From: an uncultured bacterium | GTDB lineage: Bacteria; Actinomycetota; Acidimicrobiia; Spongiisociales; UBA5794 | Direction: 5' to 3' | Assembly (NCBI GenBank): GCA_963801165.1 | Contig: CAWDDT010000006.1 | Coordinates: 480,001-544,000 of the forward strand | DNA length: 64,000 nucleotides | The notes under the pieces: generated by a model | The model's database searches: none | What the model saw: the letters and a program-made list of their open reading frames with translations, nothing else | What the model was told of the DNA's origin: nothing | In this document: one piece after another, positions 19,571 to 29,571 of the stretch | Numbering within the stretch: position 1 is the stretch's first letter | How the letters are laid out: each line of letters begins with the position of its first letter | Position numbers and translations under genes: made by a program

Positions 19571-20245
19571 TCAATCCTTGCCCGTGTCCCCGGGTTCACC
19601 AAAGATAGCCCGTCCAACGCGTATCAGCGTGGCACCTTCCTCGATCGCCACTTCATAATCATCCGTCATTCCCATCGATAAGTGTGTCAATTCAGGAAAA
19701 GTCGTGGACAACTCCCTGCGCATGTCCGCCAGGGCCTTGAACCACCTCCGGTTGTCCTCGGCCCGTTCCACCTGTGGCGGCATCGCCATGAGACCGACAC
19801 ATTCGACACCGACCGAACGGGCGTGCTCCAGAAGTGACCGAACTTCGTCAGGTGCGGCGCCGTGTTTTTGCGGCTCCGCCGCGATGTTGACCTGCAGCAG
19901 CGCCGGCGATCGATCGGGAATGCCGGCCCACGTGTCGATCAACCGCACCCGGTCGAGCGAGTGCAACAGATGAGTATGTGGTGCCGCGGTCTTCACCTGG
20001 CGTGTCTGGAGAGACCCAATGAAGTGCCACCGTATGTCATCGGGGAGCACGGCGGCCTTCTCGGCAAGCTCCTGAGCGCGGTTCTCGCCGAAGTCGCGCT
20101 GGCCCCGACCGTATGCCTCCAGGATCGCCTCGGGGAGCCGGCCTTTCGAGACTGCGACCAGGGTGATCTCCTCGAGCGGTCTGCCGGCCCGGGCGGCCGC
20201 AGCCGCCACGACGCTATGGATCTCCTCTAGCTGTCTGGCAACCAT
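19571..20245 (-). CDS. yggS: PLP homeostasis protein (YggS)
   Basis: LVAVSK, FGENRAQE, WHFIGSLQ, LSMGMTDD, IRVGRAIFG. Confidence 0.95.
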   Translation of the reverse strand: MVARQLEEIHSVVAAAAARAGRPLEEITLVAVSKGRLPEAILEAYGRGQRDFGENRAQELAEKAAVLPDDIRWHFIGSLQTRQVKTAAPHTHLLHSLDRVRLIDTWAGIPDRSPALLQVNIAAEPQKHGAAPDEVRSLLEHARSVGVECVGLMAMPPQVERAEDNRRWFKALADMRRELSTTFPELTHLSMGMTDDYEVAIEEGATLIRVGRAIFGEPGDTGKD

Positions 20246-20856
20246 GCCACCGTCACCTGTCTGTGTCGTGTCCCATCTCGACGCCACGAGTACATCCGCT
20301 CCGAAGTGTACGTGCACTCGCCGGACACCCACACCTCGAGACCGTGAAGCTGGCTCTCGAGATACGAGGGAATATCCACGCTTGGTGTCCCCCAGCTCGT
20401 CGTAGCCACGAACCCGGGGAACCGATCGGCCACCTCCGTACCCACCTCGTAGCAGCACGGACCGATGGCCGGCCCTATGGCCGCCCGCACGGGCTCATGG
20501 CCGGCCTTCGTCAACGCCCGAAGGGCCGCTGGCAATACCCCGGCGGCCGCTCCTCTCCACCCGGCGTGGACAACTGCGACCGCACCGTCTGCCTCGACGA
20601 CGACCGGAACACAGTCGGCCGTGGCCACAGCAATGGGAAGACCGGGTCGGAGGACGACCAGAGCATCACCGTCGCCCCTTCTGCCCGGCCCGTCCGCGGT
20701 GAGGACTGTCGCTCCATGAACCTGCTCTAGAAAAGCCCATTTCGCCGGGATACCGAGTTCCTTTGCCACCCGTTTGCGTGCCGACCCGTCTGAGCGCAGG
20801 TCGCTCTCGGCGGCGGTGCCGAATGCCGCACCGGCGAAACCCGGGGGCCGGATCAT
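20227..20856 (-). CDS. pgeF: YfiH/PgeF-family protein
   Basis: [29 protein letters not shown]. Confidence 0.92.
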   Translation of the reverse strand: MIRPPGFAGAAFGTAAESDLRSDGSARKRVAKELGIPAKWAFLEQVHGATVLTADGPGRRGDGDALVVLRPGLPIAVATADCVPVVVEADGAVAVVHAGWRGAAAGVLPAALRALTKAGHEPVRAAIGPAIGPCCYEVGTEVADRFPGFVATTSWGTPSVDIPSYLESQLHGLEVWVSGECTYTSERMYSWRRDGTRHRQVTVAWLPDS

Positions 20857-21911
20857 TCGGTGACGAAGCCGGGTATGTCCAGATCGTCGAGCGGCTCTTC
20901 ACGGCTGGGCCGTGGAGTGAAGTCGGTGAAGCTCGGCCGGCTCATCGTGCGACGATCACGGTCGAATCCGGCCGCGATGACCGTCACCCTCATCTCGTTG
21001 CCGAGCGCATCGTCGACGACGGCACCGAAAATAATGTTGGCATCGCTGTCACAGTGGTCGGCGATGATGCCCGCCGCCGTCGAAATCTCGTGGAGGGTCA
21101 TGTCCTCCGGACCGGCGATCGACAGAAGCACGCCGCGGGCTCCTTCCATCGAGGTCTCCAGCAAAGGCGAGCTGATGGCCTTGTCGGCCGCCTGGGTAGC
21201 CCGGTTCTCACCCGTCGAGGCGCCGATGCCCATGACGGCCGAGCCTGCATCGACCATGATTGTCTTGACGTCGGCGAAGTCGACGTTTATCAAACCGGGG
21301 GTCGTGATCAGATCGGTGATGCCCCGGACTCCGCTCGACAGCACCAGATCTGCCATCCCGAATGCCTCGAGGACACCTGTGCGCTCGTCGGCGATTTCGA
21401 GCAGACGCTCGTTCGGAATGATGATCAGGGTGTCGACCGCATCCTTGAGAGTCTGGATGCCCTGCTCAGCCTGGACGGAGCGCCGCCGCCCCTCGAAGCC
21501 GAACGGGCGGGTGACCACGCCGACGGTCAGGGCACCGATCTCCTTGGCGATCTCGGCCACAACCGGAGCACCTCCGGTGCCGGTGCCACCGCCCTCGCCT
21601 GCGGTGATGAATACCATGTCGGCGCCCATGAGGGCGTCCTCGATCTCGTCCCGGTGTTCCTCTGCGGATTGCCGACCGATGTCGGGATCGGCACCTGCCC
21701 CCAAACCACGAGTGGAGGTGCGTCCGATGTCGAGCTTCACATCCGCATCAGACATGAGCAAAGCCTGGGCGTCGGTGTTGATCGCGATGAACTCGACCCC
21801 GCGGATACCGGCATCGATCATCCGGTTTACGGCGTTGACCCCGCCACCGCCAACACCCACCACCTTGATGACGGCAAGGTAATTCTGCAGGTTTGTTGCT
21901 TCGGTCACCAT
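20853..21911 (-). CDS. ftsZ: Cell division protein FtsZ
   Basis: GGGTGTG signature, INVDFADV, C-terminal DLDIPGF. Confidence 0.98.
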   Translation of the reverse strand: MVTEATNLQNYLAVIKVVGVGGGGVNAVNRMIDAGIRGVEFIAINTDAQALLMSDADVKLDIGRTSTRGLGAGADPDIGRQSAEEHRDEIEDALMGADMVFITAGEGGGTGTGGAPVVAEIAKEIGALTVGVVTRPFGFEGRRRSVQAEQGIQTLKDAVDTLIIIPNERLLEIADERTGVLEAFGMADLVLSSGVRGITDLITTPGLINVDFADVKTIMVDAGSAVMGIGASTGENRATQAADKAISSPLLETSMEGARGVLLSIAGPEDMTLHEISTAAGIIADHCDSDANIIFGAVVDDALGNEMRVTVIAAGFDRDRRTMSRPSFTDFTPRPSREEPLDDLDIPGFVTE

Positions 21912-21938
21912 CTCCAAACTCCTATCTCAACCTGAACC

Positions 21939-22736
21939 TTAGCCTGAGTCCGTCGTTTCAGTAGTAACTTGCTGGGAACCCTCAACCTCTCCTTGAGGGT
22001 TGGTCACGGCCGGTCGTATCGGGGAAACGAGGTTGATCGACGCACCGTCGGCGATTCCTTGCTGGAGCAAGACGGCAAGCGTCACCGCCTTCTGCGCCAT
22101 GTCGACCGCAGAGCCGAGGATGACGTTGTGCCCCGACACCGTGGCCTTCAACTCCGAACCGGTGCTGGTCACCACCAATCCGTCCTTGAGCTCTACGGGG
22201 AGGGCGGAGACGAATTCGAGCGCGCCGAGCGCATCGGAGTTCTCGATGACATCCCCCGGATGGAGATCCCCGGCCTCTATGTCGATGAACGGATCGACCA
22301 GGCGCTGGCCTCGCGCCAGGACCGAGCCCTGCGTGGACGCCACCAGCCACGTATCGCCACTCTTGATACGGGCGATCGGGATGTACTCGACAACAGACAC
22401 CTCTATCGATCTCGGCCAGAGCACCCGGACCTGGGCCTCGGCAATCCAGGGGTCCTCACGTAGCTTGTCCTCGATCCTGCCGGCACGAACCGACACGATC
22501 GACACACCATCCTCGACTCCCGCCGCATTCAGGATCGAGGCGACATCGGCACGACTCGCCCCTTCGATTGTGATCGAGTCCACCGCAAACCAGGACGACT
22601 CGAAGACGGCAACGACCATTCCGGCGGCGACGGCCAGCACCAGCAGGCCGATTGTCCAGCGCAGCCGGCGGCGGGCACTCGCCTCCTGAACCTCGCGGCG
22701 GCGACGGGCCAAACGGGGATCGACGGTCTCGGTCAT
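21939..22736 (-). CDS. ftsQ: Cell division protein FtsQ/DivIB
   Basis: Single TM segment, POTRA-like domain (PWIAEAQVRVLWP), dcw position. Confidence 0.88.
   Translation of the reverse strand: MTETVDPRLARRRREVQEASARRRLRWTIGLLVLAVAAGMVVAVFESSWFAVDSITIEGASRADVASILNAAGVEDGVSIVSVRAGRIEDKLREDPWIAEAQVRVLWPRSIEVSVVEYIPIARIKSGDTWLVASTQGSVLARGQRLVDPFIDIEAGDLHPGDVIENSDALGALEFVSALPVELKDGLVVTSTGSELKATVSGHNVILGSAVDMAQKAVTLAVLLQQGIADGASINLVSPIRPAVTNPQGEVEGSQQVTTETTDSG
21977..22001. promoter_or_regulatory. 25-bp inverted repeat upstream of ftsZ, candidate FtsR (MerR-type) operator
   Basis: AACCCTCAA-N7-TTGAGGGTT perfect arms within the ftsQ 3' end; resembles the corynebacterial FtsR site as I recall it. 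Confidence 0.6.
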
Positions 22737-23629
22737 GATTCGTCACCGAAATCCCCGATGAACCTGATCTCGGGCTCGAGAAGCACGCCGGTGCGCGCCA
22801 ACACCAACCCGCGCACCTCGCTCACGAGGTCGTACACGTCCTGAGCGGTTGCGGTGTCGTCGGCAACGAAGAAATTGGCGTGGCGCTCAGACACAGATGC
22901 GCCGCGGACGGCGAAGCCCTTCAATCCGCACACATCGATGAGCCGGCCCGCAGAATCATCGGGAGGGTTCTTGAAGACGCTCCCGGCGTTGAAGGTTCCC
23001 CCTGGCTGATGCTCGCGGCGCCATGACGTGATCTCCCGCATCAGCGCCTCACACTCGTCTCTGTCTCGCTGCACGGTTCGGAAACGCGCCCGGAGCACCA
23101 CGTCGGCCCGGGTGAGGCGGCTATGCCGGTAGCTCAGCTCGAGCTCCTCCGGGGTCGACGAGGTGATCCGACCGGTCGCAGTGTCGAGCACGCCGGCCGT
23201 AGCGAGCCACTCCGCGGTATCGGAGCCGTGACCGCCGGCATTCATGACCACGGCCCCGCCGACGGAGCCGGGGATTCCGACATAAAACTCCAAGCCGCCC
23301 CGATTGGCCGCGGCACAGGTCCGGGCGAGGCGCGGCAGCGACACTCCAGCCCCCGCCTCCACCGTCTCCTCCCCCATTGCGACCTCGTTGAACTCGCCGG
23401 TGAGCTTGACGACCAGACCGTGATAGCCGCGGTCTGATATGACGACGTTCGAGCCCCTGCCCAAGACGACAAACGGCACATCGCTCGCGGCTAATGCTGC
23501 GGCGAGTTGGTCGACCGTTTCCGCCTCGGCGTACCAGGCAGCAGGACCACCGAACTTGTAGGTCGACATCCCGGCGAGAGGGTGATCTTTCGTGACCAGC
23601 CCTTGCCTCGCGAGATCGGCAAGGCTCAC
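22733..23629 (-). CDS. murB: UDP-N-acetylmuramate dehydrogenase
   Basis: GRGSN, GIPGSVGGAVVMNAG, GSVFKNP, HANF. Confidence 0.96.
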   Translation of the reverse strand: MSLADLARQGLVTKDHPLAGMSTYKFGGPAAWYAEAETVDQLAAALAASDVPFVVLGRGSNVVISDRGYHGLVVKLTGEFNEVAMGEETVEAGAGVSLPRLARTCAAANRGGLEFYVGIPGSVGGAVVMNAGGHGSDTAEWLATAGVLDTATGRITSSTPEELELSYRHSRLTRADVVLRARFRTVQRDRDECEALMREITSWRREHQPGGTFNAGSVFKNPPDDSAGRLIDVCGLKGFAVRGASVSERHANFFVADDTATAQDVYDLVSEVRGLVLARTGVLLEPEIRFIGDFGDES

Positions 23630-24999
23630 GACCGCTCACCAAGGGCAGCTGCGATGTCGTCGGCAATGCTGTTGACGTCACCGGCTCCGAGCAGCAGGAC
23701 GACGTCACCTTCGACCAACTCGGGAACGAGCGTCGCTGCCACGGAGTGAATCGAGGGGATGTAGACGACGTCCCCACCCGCCGCGGTCACCGCGTCGGCA
23801 ATGACCCGACCGGTGACACCGGGTTGGGGTGGCTCACCGGCCGAGTACACGTCGGTGACGATCACCTTGTCGGCCGTCGCCAGCGGAGCCCCGAAAGCCG
23901 GCCCGAGCGCCGCGGTGCGCGTGTAGCGGTGCGGCTGGAACACGGCCCAGACCCGGTTCCACCCGCCGAGACGCCCGGCGCTGATAGTCGCCCCGACCTC
24001 GGTGGGATGGTGGGCGTAGTCGTCGACGACCGTTATCCCTTCGATGCTGACCCGCGTCTCGAAGCGACGCCGGACACCACCAAAGGTGGCGATACCGGCA
24101 GCAGCCTGTTGCGGGTCGTAGCCGAGTTCGGCAAGGAGGGCGATCGCACCTGCGGCGTTGAGGGCAACGTGTACGCCCGGGCGGGGCACCCTGACCTCGA
24201 CTGTCGTGTCCGGGCCCTCGAGCCGGAACGCGACCTCGCCGATGCCGTGGGTGATATCGCAGACGCGCCACTGAGCAGCCGGGCTCTGGCCGTAGGTGAT
24301 CACCGCGGCGCGCTGGGCGAGCCGTTGCACACCGGCGTCGTCTATGCATCCCACCACCGGCCCGTCCGTGCGGTTGGCCACAAGCGCAAACGCCTCCTCG
24401 AGCGCGTATACGGTCTTGTAGTAGTCGAGGTGATCTGCTTCGACGTTGGTGACGAGCAAAGCGCGCATATGAAGATGGCGGAAGGTCCCAAACGCTTCGT
24501 CCGCTTCGAGCACGAAAACGTCGCGATCGCCGATGTGGGCGAACGTATTCTCGGTCACCAACTCACCCCCGACGAGGAATGTCGGGTCGAGACCCAGCCC
24601 GTGCAATGCCGCCACGACCAGCCCTGTAGTGGTGGTCTTGCCGTGAGTGCCGCTGATACCAATGGCGGGCATCTCCGCGGTGAAGGCGTCGAGCAGGGCG
24701 GGCCGCTCCCACACCGTGGCCCCCTGCCCCGCGGCGGCGACAAGCTCCGGGTCGTGCGGCGGAACCGCCGAAGACGCTACAACCAGATCTGGCTCGTCCA
24801 TCCGCTCGGGGCGATGACCTATCCAGGTCTCGATCCCGATGTCCTCTAGCGCATCGAGGATGCGGCTCGGCTTGAGGTCCGATCCGGTCACCCGATAGCC
24901 GAGGCCGGCGAGCAGCTTGGCCAACCCGCTCATCCCGGCACCCGCGGCACCGACCATGTGAATGCGCTCGTAGCCCTCCAGCGATCTCTGCTCAACCAT
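23626..24999 (-). CDS. murC: UDP-N-acetylmuramate--L-alanine ligase
   Basis: GAGMSGLA, GTHGKTTT, EADE, DDYAHHPTE, FQPHRYTRT. Confidence 0.96.
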   Translation of the reverse strand: MVEQRSLEGYERIHMVGAAGAGMSGLAKLLAGLGYRVTGSDLKPSRILDALEDIGIETWIGHRPERMDEPDLVVASSAVPPHDPELVAAAGQGATVWERPALLDAFTAEMPAIGISGTHGKTTTTGLVVAALHGLGLDPTFLVGGELVTENTFAHIGDRDVFVLEADEAFGTFRHLHMRALLVTNVEADHLDYYKTVYALEEAFALVANRTDGPVVGCIDDAGVQRLAQRAAVITYGQSPAAQWRVCDITHGIGEVAFRLEGPDTTVEVRVPRPGVHVALNAAGAIALLAELGYDPQQAAAGIATFGGVRRRFETRVSIEGITVVDDYAHHPTEVGATISAGRLGGWNRVWAVFQPHRYTRTAALGPAFGAPLATADKVIVTDVYSAGEPPQPGVTGRVIADAVTAAGGDVVYIPSIHSVAATLVPELVEGDVVLLLGAGDVNSIADDIAAALGERS

Positions 25000-26074
25000 C
25001 GACAACCTCACGCAATGCCTGGGCGATCACCTTTGCTGCGGCGGGACGGCCGTGCGCCGCCATGACGGCGCCCATCGACTCACGCCGGGCTCGATCCACG
25101 ATCAGCTGATCGATCACTACCGGTACCTGGTCTATCTGCGTTTGCTGAACCCGAACCAACCCTCCGGCCGATTCGAGCTCCAGAGCGTTTGCCGCCTGGT
25201 TGGTGCCCAACCCCAATGGAACCACAACTGCGGGCGTACCGGTGGCTGCGAGCTCGTTTATCGTCATTGCCCCGGCCCGCGACAGCACCAGATCCGAAAC
25301 AGCGTAAAAAAAGTCCATCCGGTCCTCGAAAGCAACCGGGATCCACTCTACGGCGGAGTGGCTCGAGGCCTCGGCGATGGTGTCGAAATGCGGCTTGCCG
25401 GTGAGGTGAACGATCGAGACGTGATCGGAATCGATCGACATGGCGAGGGCCTCGACGACATCGTTGAGTACCTGGGCTCCAAGACTGCCACCCAGGACAC
25501 CCAGCACGGGGAGCGGCCTGGTCACCCCGTAGTGGCGGCGCGCCTCGGCTCGCAGCAGATCGCGGTTGAAGTCGCCGAACTCGGGTCTGAGCGGGTTGCC
25601 GGTCACCTCGCCGCGTTTCAGTTGCCGTTGCGCCGCAGGGAACCCGAGAAACACACGCTTGGCCATACCCGCCACAAACCGGTTTGCCAGACCCGGTTTG
25701 GCGTTCTGCTCCTGGACAAAGATGCTGGCGCCCACCCGGCGTGCCGCCAGCGCCGCGGGTACCGACACGTAGCCGCCGAACACGATGCACGCCCTGGCCT
25801 CCCTGGCGCGCATCTCCTCCTGAATACGTCGGGTCGCCTGCCGCACCACCCTGGGTATTCCCAGGTTGTGCGGATCGAAAGACCGCTTCAGACCTCGCAG
25901 GTCGACGGCGACGAAGTCGTATCCCGCGGCAGGCACGGTGGTCGCCTCCATTCGGTCACCACCGAAGAACACGATGTCGCTGCTGTCGACACCCGACGCC
26001 ACAAGAGCGCCGGCGACGGCGAGAGCGGGAAACACATGACCACCCGTGCCGGCGGCCGCAAAGGCATAGGTCAC
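24992..26074 (-). CDS. murG: Lipid II GlcNAc transferase
   Basis: GTGGHVFPA, GGYVS, EQNA, GGSLGA, RAGA. Confidence 0.96.
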   Translation of the reverse strand: MTYAFAAAGTGGHVFPALAVAGALVASGVDSSDIVFFGGDRMEATTVPAAGYDFVAVDLRGLKRSFDPHNLGIPRVVRQATRRIQEEMRAREARACIVFGGYVSVPAALAARRVGASIFVQEQNAKPGLANRFVAGMAKRVFLGFPAAQRQLKRGEVTGNPLRPEFGDFNRDLLRAEARRHYGVTRPLPVLGVLGGSLGAQVLNDVVEALAMSIDSDHVSIVHLTGKPHFDTIAEASSHSAVEWIPVAFEDRMDFFYAVSDLVLSRAGAMTINELAATGTPAVVVPLGLGTNQAANALELESAGGLVRVQQTQIDQVPVVIDQLIVDRARRESMGAVMAAHGRPAAAKVIAQALREVVDG

Positions 26075-27243
26075 GTCGCCTCACCAGGCCCGGAGCGCGA
26101 TTTGCCGGCCAACCTAGCGATGTTCACCAGCACTCCGATCACGAACAGGTTGGCAATCATCGCACTCCCGCCCGCCGACAGGAACGGCAACGGGACACCG
26201 GTGATCGGGAGCACCTTTGTCACCCCGCCAATGTTGACGAGAGCCTGGAAGGTCAACCAGGAAACCAGGCCGACGGCGAGCAGACGACCAAACTCGTCGC
26301 GGGCGCGCAGCGCGATGGTCACGCCGACCAGGGCGACAACCACGAACAGAGCGATCACCGCGAGGGCGCCGGCGAGACCGGTCTCCTCACCGATGATGGC
26401 GAAGATGAAGTCGCTGTGGGCGTTGGGGAGAAAGGACCAGCGTGCCCGACTGGCCCCGAGCCCGACGCCGAACCAGCCGCCGGTGCCGAGAGCAACGAGG
26501 CTCTGGTGAGCGTGATAACCCACACCCAGCACATCTACGTTGGGGTCGAGGAAGCTCGTCAAGCGCTCCATCCGGTACGGAGCAGCCACCGCCAGCCCGG
26601 CGCCGGCAGCCGCGGCGATGACCATGAGGCCGATGATGTATCGAATCCGGGCGCTCGAGGCGAGGAGCACCGTGAACCCGGATGCGGCGATCAGCATCGT
26701 CGTCCCGAAGTCGGGCTGCAGCATGAGGAACGTCCCGATCGCCCCGAGCGAGAGCGCGACGGGCCAGAACACATGGGCAAACGTGTTCAGATAGGCGGCT
26801 TTGCGGGTGAGCACCGCGGCGAGCATCACAACGACGGCGAATTTGGCGAACTCAGATGGCTGCAACGTCACCGGTCCGAGCTGGATCCAGCGCTGCGACC
26901 CGTTGCGGACGTCACCGATGGCCATGGTCGCCAGGAGTCCGGCAATCGCCAACCCGTAAATCGGCACCGCCGCCCGCTGATAGAACCGGTAAGGGACCCG
27001 CGCTCCCACCACGAGTGCCACCAACCCGATGGCGGCGAAGATCGCTTGGCGCTTGAAGTAGTAGAGCTTGTCCCACCCTTCCCGGATGGCGAGCACGGAC
27101 GATGCAGAGAGCAACGCCCCGAGCCCGATGATGAGCAGCACCATCACCGGCAGCAGCAGCAGGACCGAGATGCGCCCCGCCAGCCCTTCGCGCCGCGAGG
27201 CGAACGAGCGGGCTTCGGTTATCGGCGTGACCCTAGTTGCCAT
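26071..27243 (-). CDS. ftsW: SEDS peptidoglycan polymerase FtsW
   Basis: QPSEFAK, QPDFG, HSDFIFAIIGEETG, GVPLPFLSAGGS. Confidence 0.96.
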   Translation of the reverse strand: MATRVTPITEARSFASRREGLAGRISVLLLLPVMVLLIIGLGALLSASSVLAIREGWDKLYYFKRQAIFAAIGLVALVVGARVPYRFYQRAAVPIYGLAIAGLLATMAIGDVRNGSQRWIQLGPVTLQPSEFAKFAVVVMLAAVLTRKAAYLNTFAHVFWPVALSLGAIGTFLMLQPDFGTTMLIAASGFTVLLASSARIRYIIGLMVIAAAAGAGLAVAAPYRMERLTSFLDPNVDVLGVGYHAHQSLVALGTGGWFGVGLGASRARWSFLPNAHSDFIFAIIGEETGLAGALAVIALFVVVALVGVTIALRARDEFGRLLAVGLVSWLTFQALVNIGGVTKVLPITGVPLPFLSAGGSAMIANLFVIGVLVNIARLAGKSRSGPGEAT

Positions 27244-28516
27244 TGCTTTCCCCCTTTGCAACGAGGACGAGGCGGCTGAACTCATTGCCGCGCTCGATGT
27301 AGGAACCAAACATGTCGAAGCTGGCACAGCCGGGGGCAAGGAGCACGGTGTCTCCGGAACGGGCAACCTGGTCGGCCATGGCTACGGCGTCGCTCAGATC
27401 GCGGGCATTCAGGAACCGCGCCGGGTCGGTGACCGCTTCCAACTCGGCTGCAGCCTCGCCGATGCCGATCACCTTGCGCACCGCAGGCGAAGCAACGATC
27501 GGCGCCAGGTCGAGACCTTTGTTGCGGCCCCCCGCGATCAGCACGACGGACTCATAGGCCGCTACCGAGGCGACGGCGGCATGCGGGTTGGTCGCCTTCG
27601 AGTCGTTCACCCAGGTGACCCCATCCCAGCTGCCTACCACAGTTCGCCTGTGCGTACCCGGGCGAAAGGTGGCGAGCGTATAGCCGATGCCCGTGCTGGT
27701 GGCACCGAGATTCGTGGCCAGCTCACCGGCGGCAATCAGATCCATGGTGTACGCCCGGTCGAGCGACGGTCGCGGATAGCTCTCCCCGGCAATGACGAGC
27801 GTGTCGCCTTCGACACCGCCACCCCCGCTGGGACGGGTGCTCCCGCTCACCGGAACAAGCCGTGACGGTGCTCCGGCGACCGCCGCGACCGCACCGGGGT
27901 CGTCGCTGTCGTAAACCAGGATGTCTGCCGCCGTCTGGTTCTCGAAGATCCGTTGTTTCGACGCGACATACTCGGCCATGTCCCGGTGCCAGTCGAGATG
28001 GTCGGGGGCAATGTTCAGGATCGCCGCGGCAACCGGATGGAAACTGTCGATGAAGCGCAGCTGGAAGCTGGACGCCTCGATCACCAGGAGCTCAGGCGTG
28101 TCGCCGACGGCCACGTCGGAGAGGGCGTTGCCGATGTTGCCCGCCGCCACCGCGTCGCGACCGGACGCTCGCAACATATCGGCGGCCACGGACGTGACCG
28201 TCGTCTTGCCGTTGGTTCCGGTCACAGCAGCGTAGGTGACGTCCATGGAGGCGACCGCGTACTCCATCTCACTGACGAGGGGGAGACCCGACGCCAGCAC
28301 CTCGGGAATGGCGCCGACGTGCTCGGGAAAGCCCGGGCTCGTCACTACGAGGTCGACCCCATCGAGGAAGGCCGTTCGCCACTCCCCCGTGTGTATCGTC
28401 AAATCCCCTGCGGGGACGCGACGCCGATCGTACAGAAGAACATCGTCGCCCCGGCTGACGGTGAGGCGCGCCGCGGCCAGGCCGCTAACGGCGGCACCGA
28501 GCACGAGCACCCTCAC
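27233..28516 (-). CDS. murD: UDP-MurNAc-L-Ala--D-Glu ligase
   Basis: GTNGKTT, GNIG, SSFQL, NDSKATN, PGCASFD; GTG start overlaps the mraY stop. Confidence 0.95.
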   Translation of the reverse strand: MRVLVLGAAVSGLAAARLTVSRGDDVLLYDRRRVPAGDLTIHTGEWRTAFLDGVDLVVTSPGFPEHVGAIPEVLASGLPLVSEMEYAVASMDVTYAAVTGTNGKTTVTSVAADMLRASGRDAVAAGNIGNALSDVAVGDTPELLVIEASSFQLRFIDSFHPVAAAILNIAPDHLDWHRDMAEYVASKQRIFENQTAADILVYDSDDPGAVAAVAGAPSRLVPVSGSTRPSGGGGVEGDTLVIAGESYPRPSLDRAYTMDLIAAGELATNLGATSTGIGYTLATFRPGTHRRTVVGSWDGVTWVNDSKATNPHAAVASVAAYESVVLIAGGRNKGLDLAPIVASPAVRKVIGIGEAAAELEAVTDPARFLNARDLSDAVAMADQVARSGDTVLLAPGCASFDMFGSYIERGNEFSRLVLVAKGESNGN

Positions 28517-29571
28517 GGCAAACCCCCTGTGGTCTTGATTAGGAAATCGGCGTAGAACACACCTACACCGATGGCGACGCCGAGCCCGGCAAGGATCCAG
28601 AAGCGGATGATGATGGTTGTCTCTGGCCACCCTTTCATCTCGAAGTGATGGTGGATCGGGGCGATCTTGAAGATTCGCTTGCCCCAGACCCGAAATGTGA
28701 AGATCTGGAGAATCACCGAGACCGCCTCCATGACATAGAGCCCCCCGAGCGGGATCAACAGCAGCTGGGTGTTGGTGAGCAGGGCCATCGCGGCCAGAGC
28801 TCCGCCGATGGCTTGCGAGCCGGTGTCTCCCATGATGATGCGAGCCGGCGCCGCATTCCACCACAGAAATCCGAGCACAGCGCCAACAACTGCTCCGGCC
28901 AACATGGCGAGGTCCTGAGCGCCGTCGACTTTGTAGAAGTTCAGGTTGCGGTATTGCCAGAACGCGATGAGCACATAGGCGCCAAATACCAGACCGGCGC
29001 TGCCGGCGACCAGCCCATCGAGCCCGTCGGTGAAGTTGACTGCGTTGGCGGCTCCGGTCAGTAGGAACAGGACCAGCAGGGCGTACAGCCACGGGCCGAG
29101 ATCGATACCGATACCGCGGGTAAATGAGAGCTCCGTGCTGGTGTCGAGCGCCACCGCACCCCAGGCGAAAAGGACGGCAACCACCAGCTGGCCGAGGAAT
29201 TTCCACCGTTTGGAGAGACCCATGTTCTGCTTGCGGGCGTGTTTGGCATAGTCGTCGAGGAAGCCAATCAGGCCCATCCCCACTAGAGCCATGAGGGCGA
29301 GAAGACCCTGACCGGGGAAGGCGAGAACCCGAAGGTTGAGACCGACACCCCACTCCCAGACGCGGATGTGGGCGAGCGTGAATCCGACGACAACGGCAAC
29401 GATGATCACCACACCACCCATGGTGGGCGTGCCCCTCTTGTGGTAGTGACCTTCGAGCTCTTGTTGGATGAACTGTCCGATGTTGCGGTCTCGCAGCACC
29501 CTGATCGCGACCGGGGTCGCGAAAAGTGAGATGACAAAGGCGATGGCGACCGCGATCAGGATCGATATCAC
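28513..29571 (-). CDS. mraY: Phospho-MurNAc-pentapeptide transferase
   Basis: TPTMGG, NAVNFTDGLDGL, MGDTGS, APIHHHFE. Confidence 0.97.
   Translation of the reverse strand: MISILIAVAIAFVISLFATPVAIRVLRDRNIGQFIQQELEGHYHKRGTPTMGGVVIIVAVVVGFTLAHIRVWEWGVGLNLRVLAFPGQGLLALMALVGMGLIGFLDDYAKHARKQNMGLSKRWKFLGQLVVAVLFAWGAVALDTSTELSFTRGIGIDLGPWLYALLVLFLLTGAANAVNFTDGLDGLVAGSAGLVFGAYVLIAFWQYRNLNFYKVDGAQDLAMLAGAVVGAVLGFLWWNAAPARIIMGDTGSQAIGGALAAMALLTNTQLLLIPLGGLYVMEAVSVILQIFTFRVWGKRIFKIAPIHHHFEMKGWPETTIIIRFWILAGLGVAIGVGVFYADFLIKTTGGLP

Noticed and set aside
27233-29353. 706-aa ORF suggesting an extended or fused MurD
   Set aside because: The extension overlaps mraY in another frame; MurD homology starts at GTG 28516.
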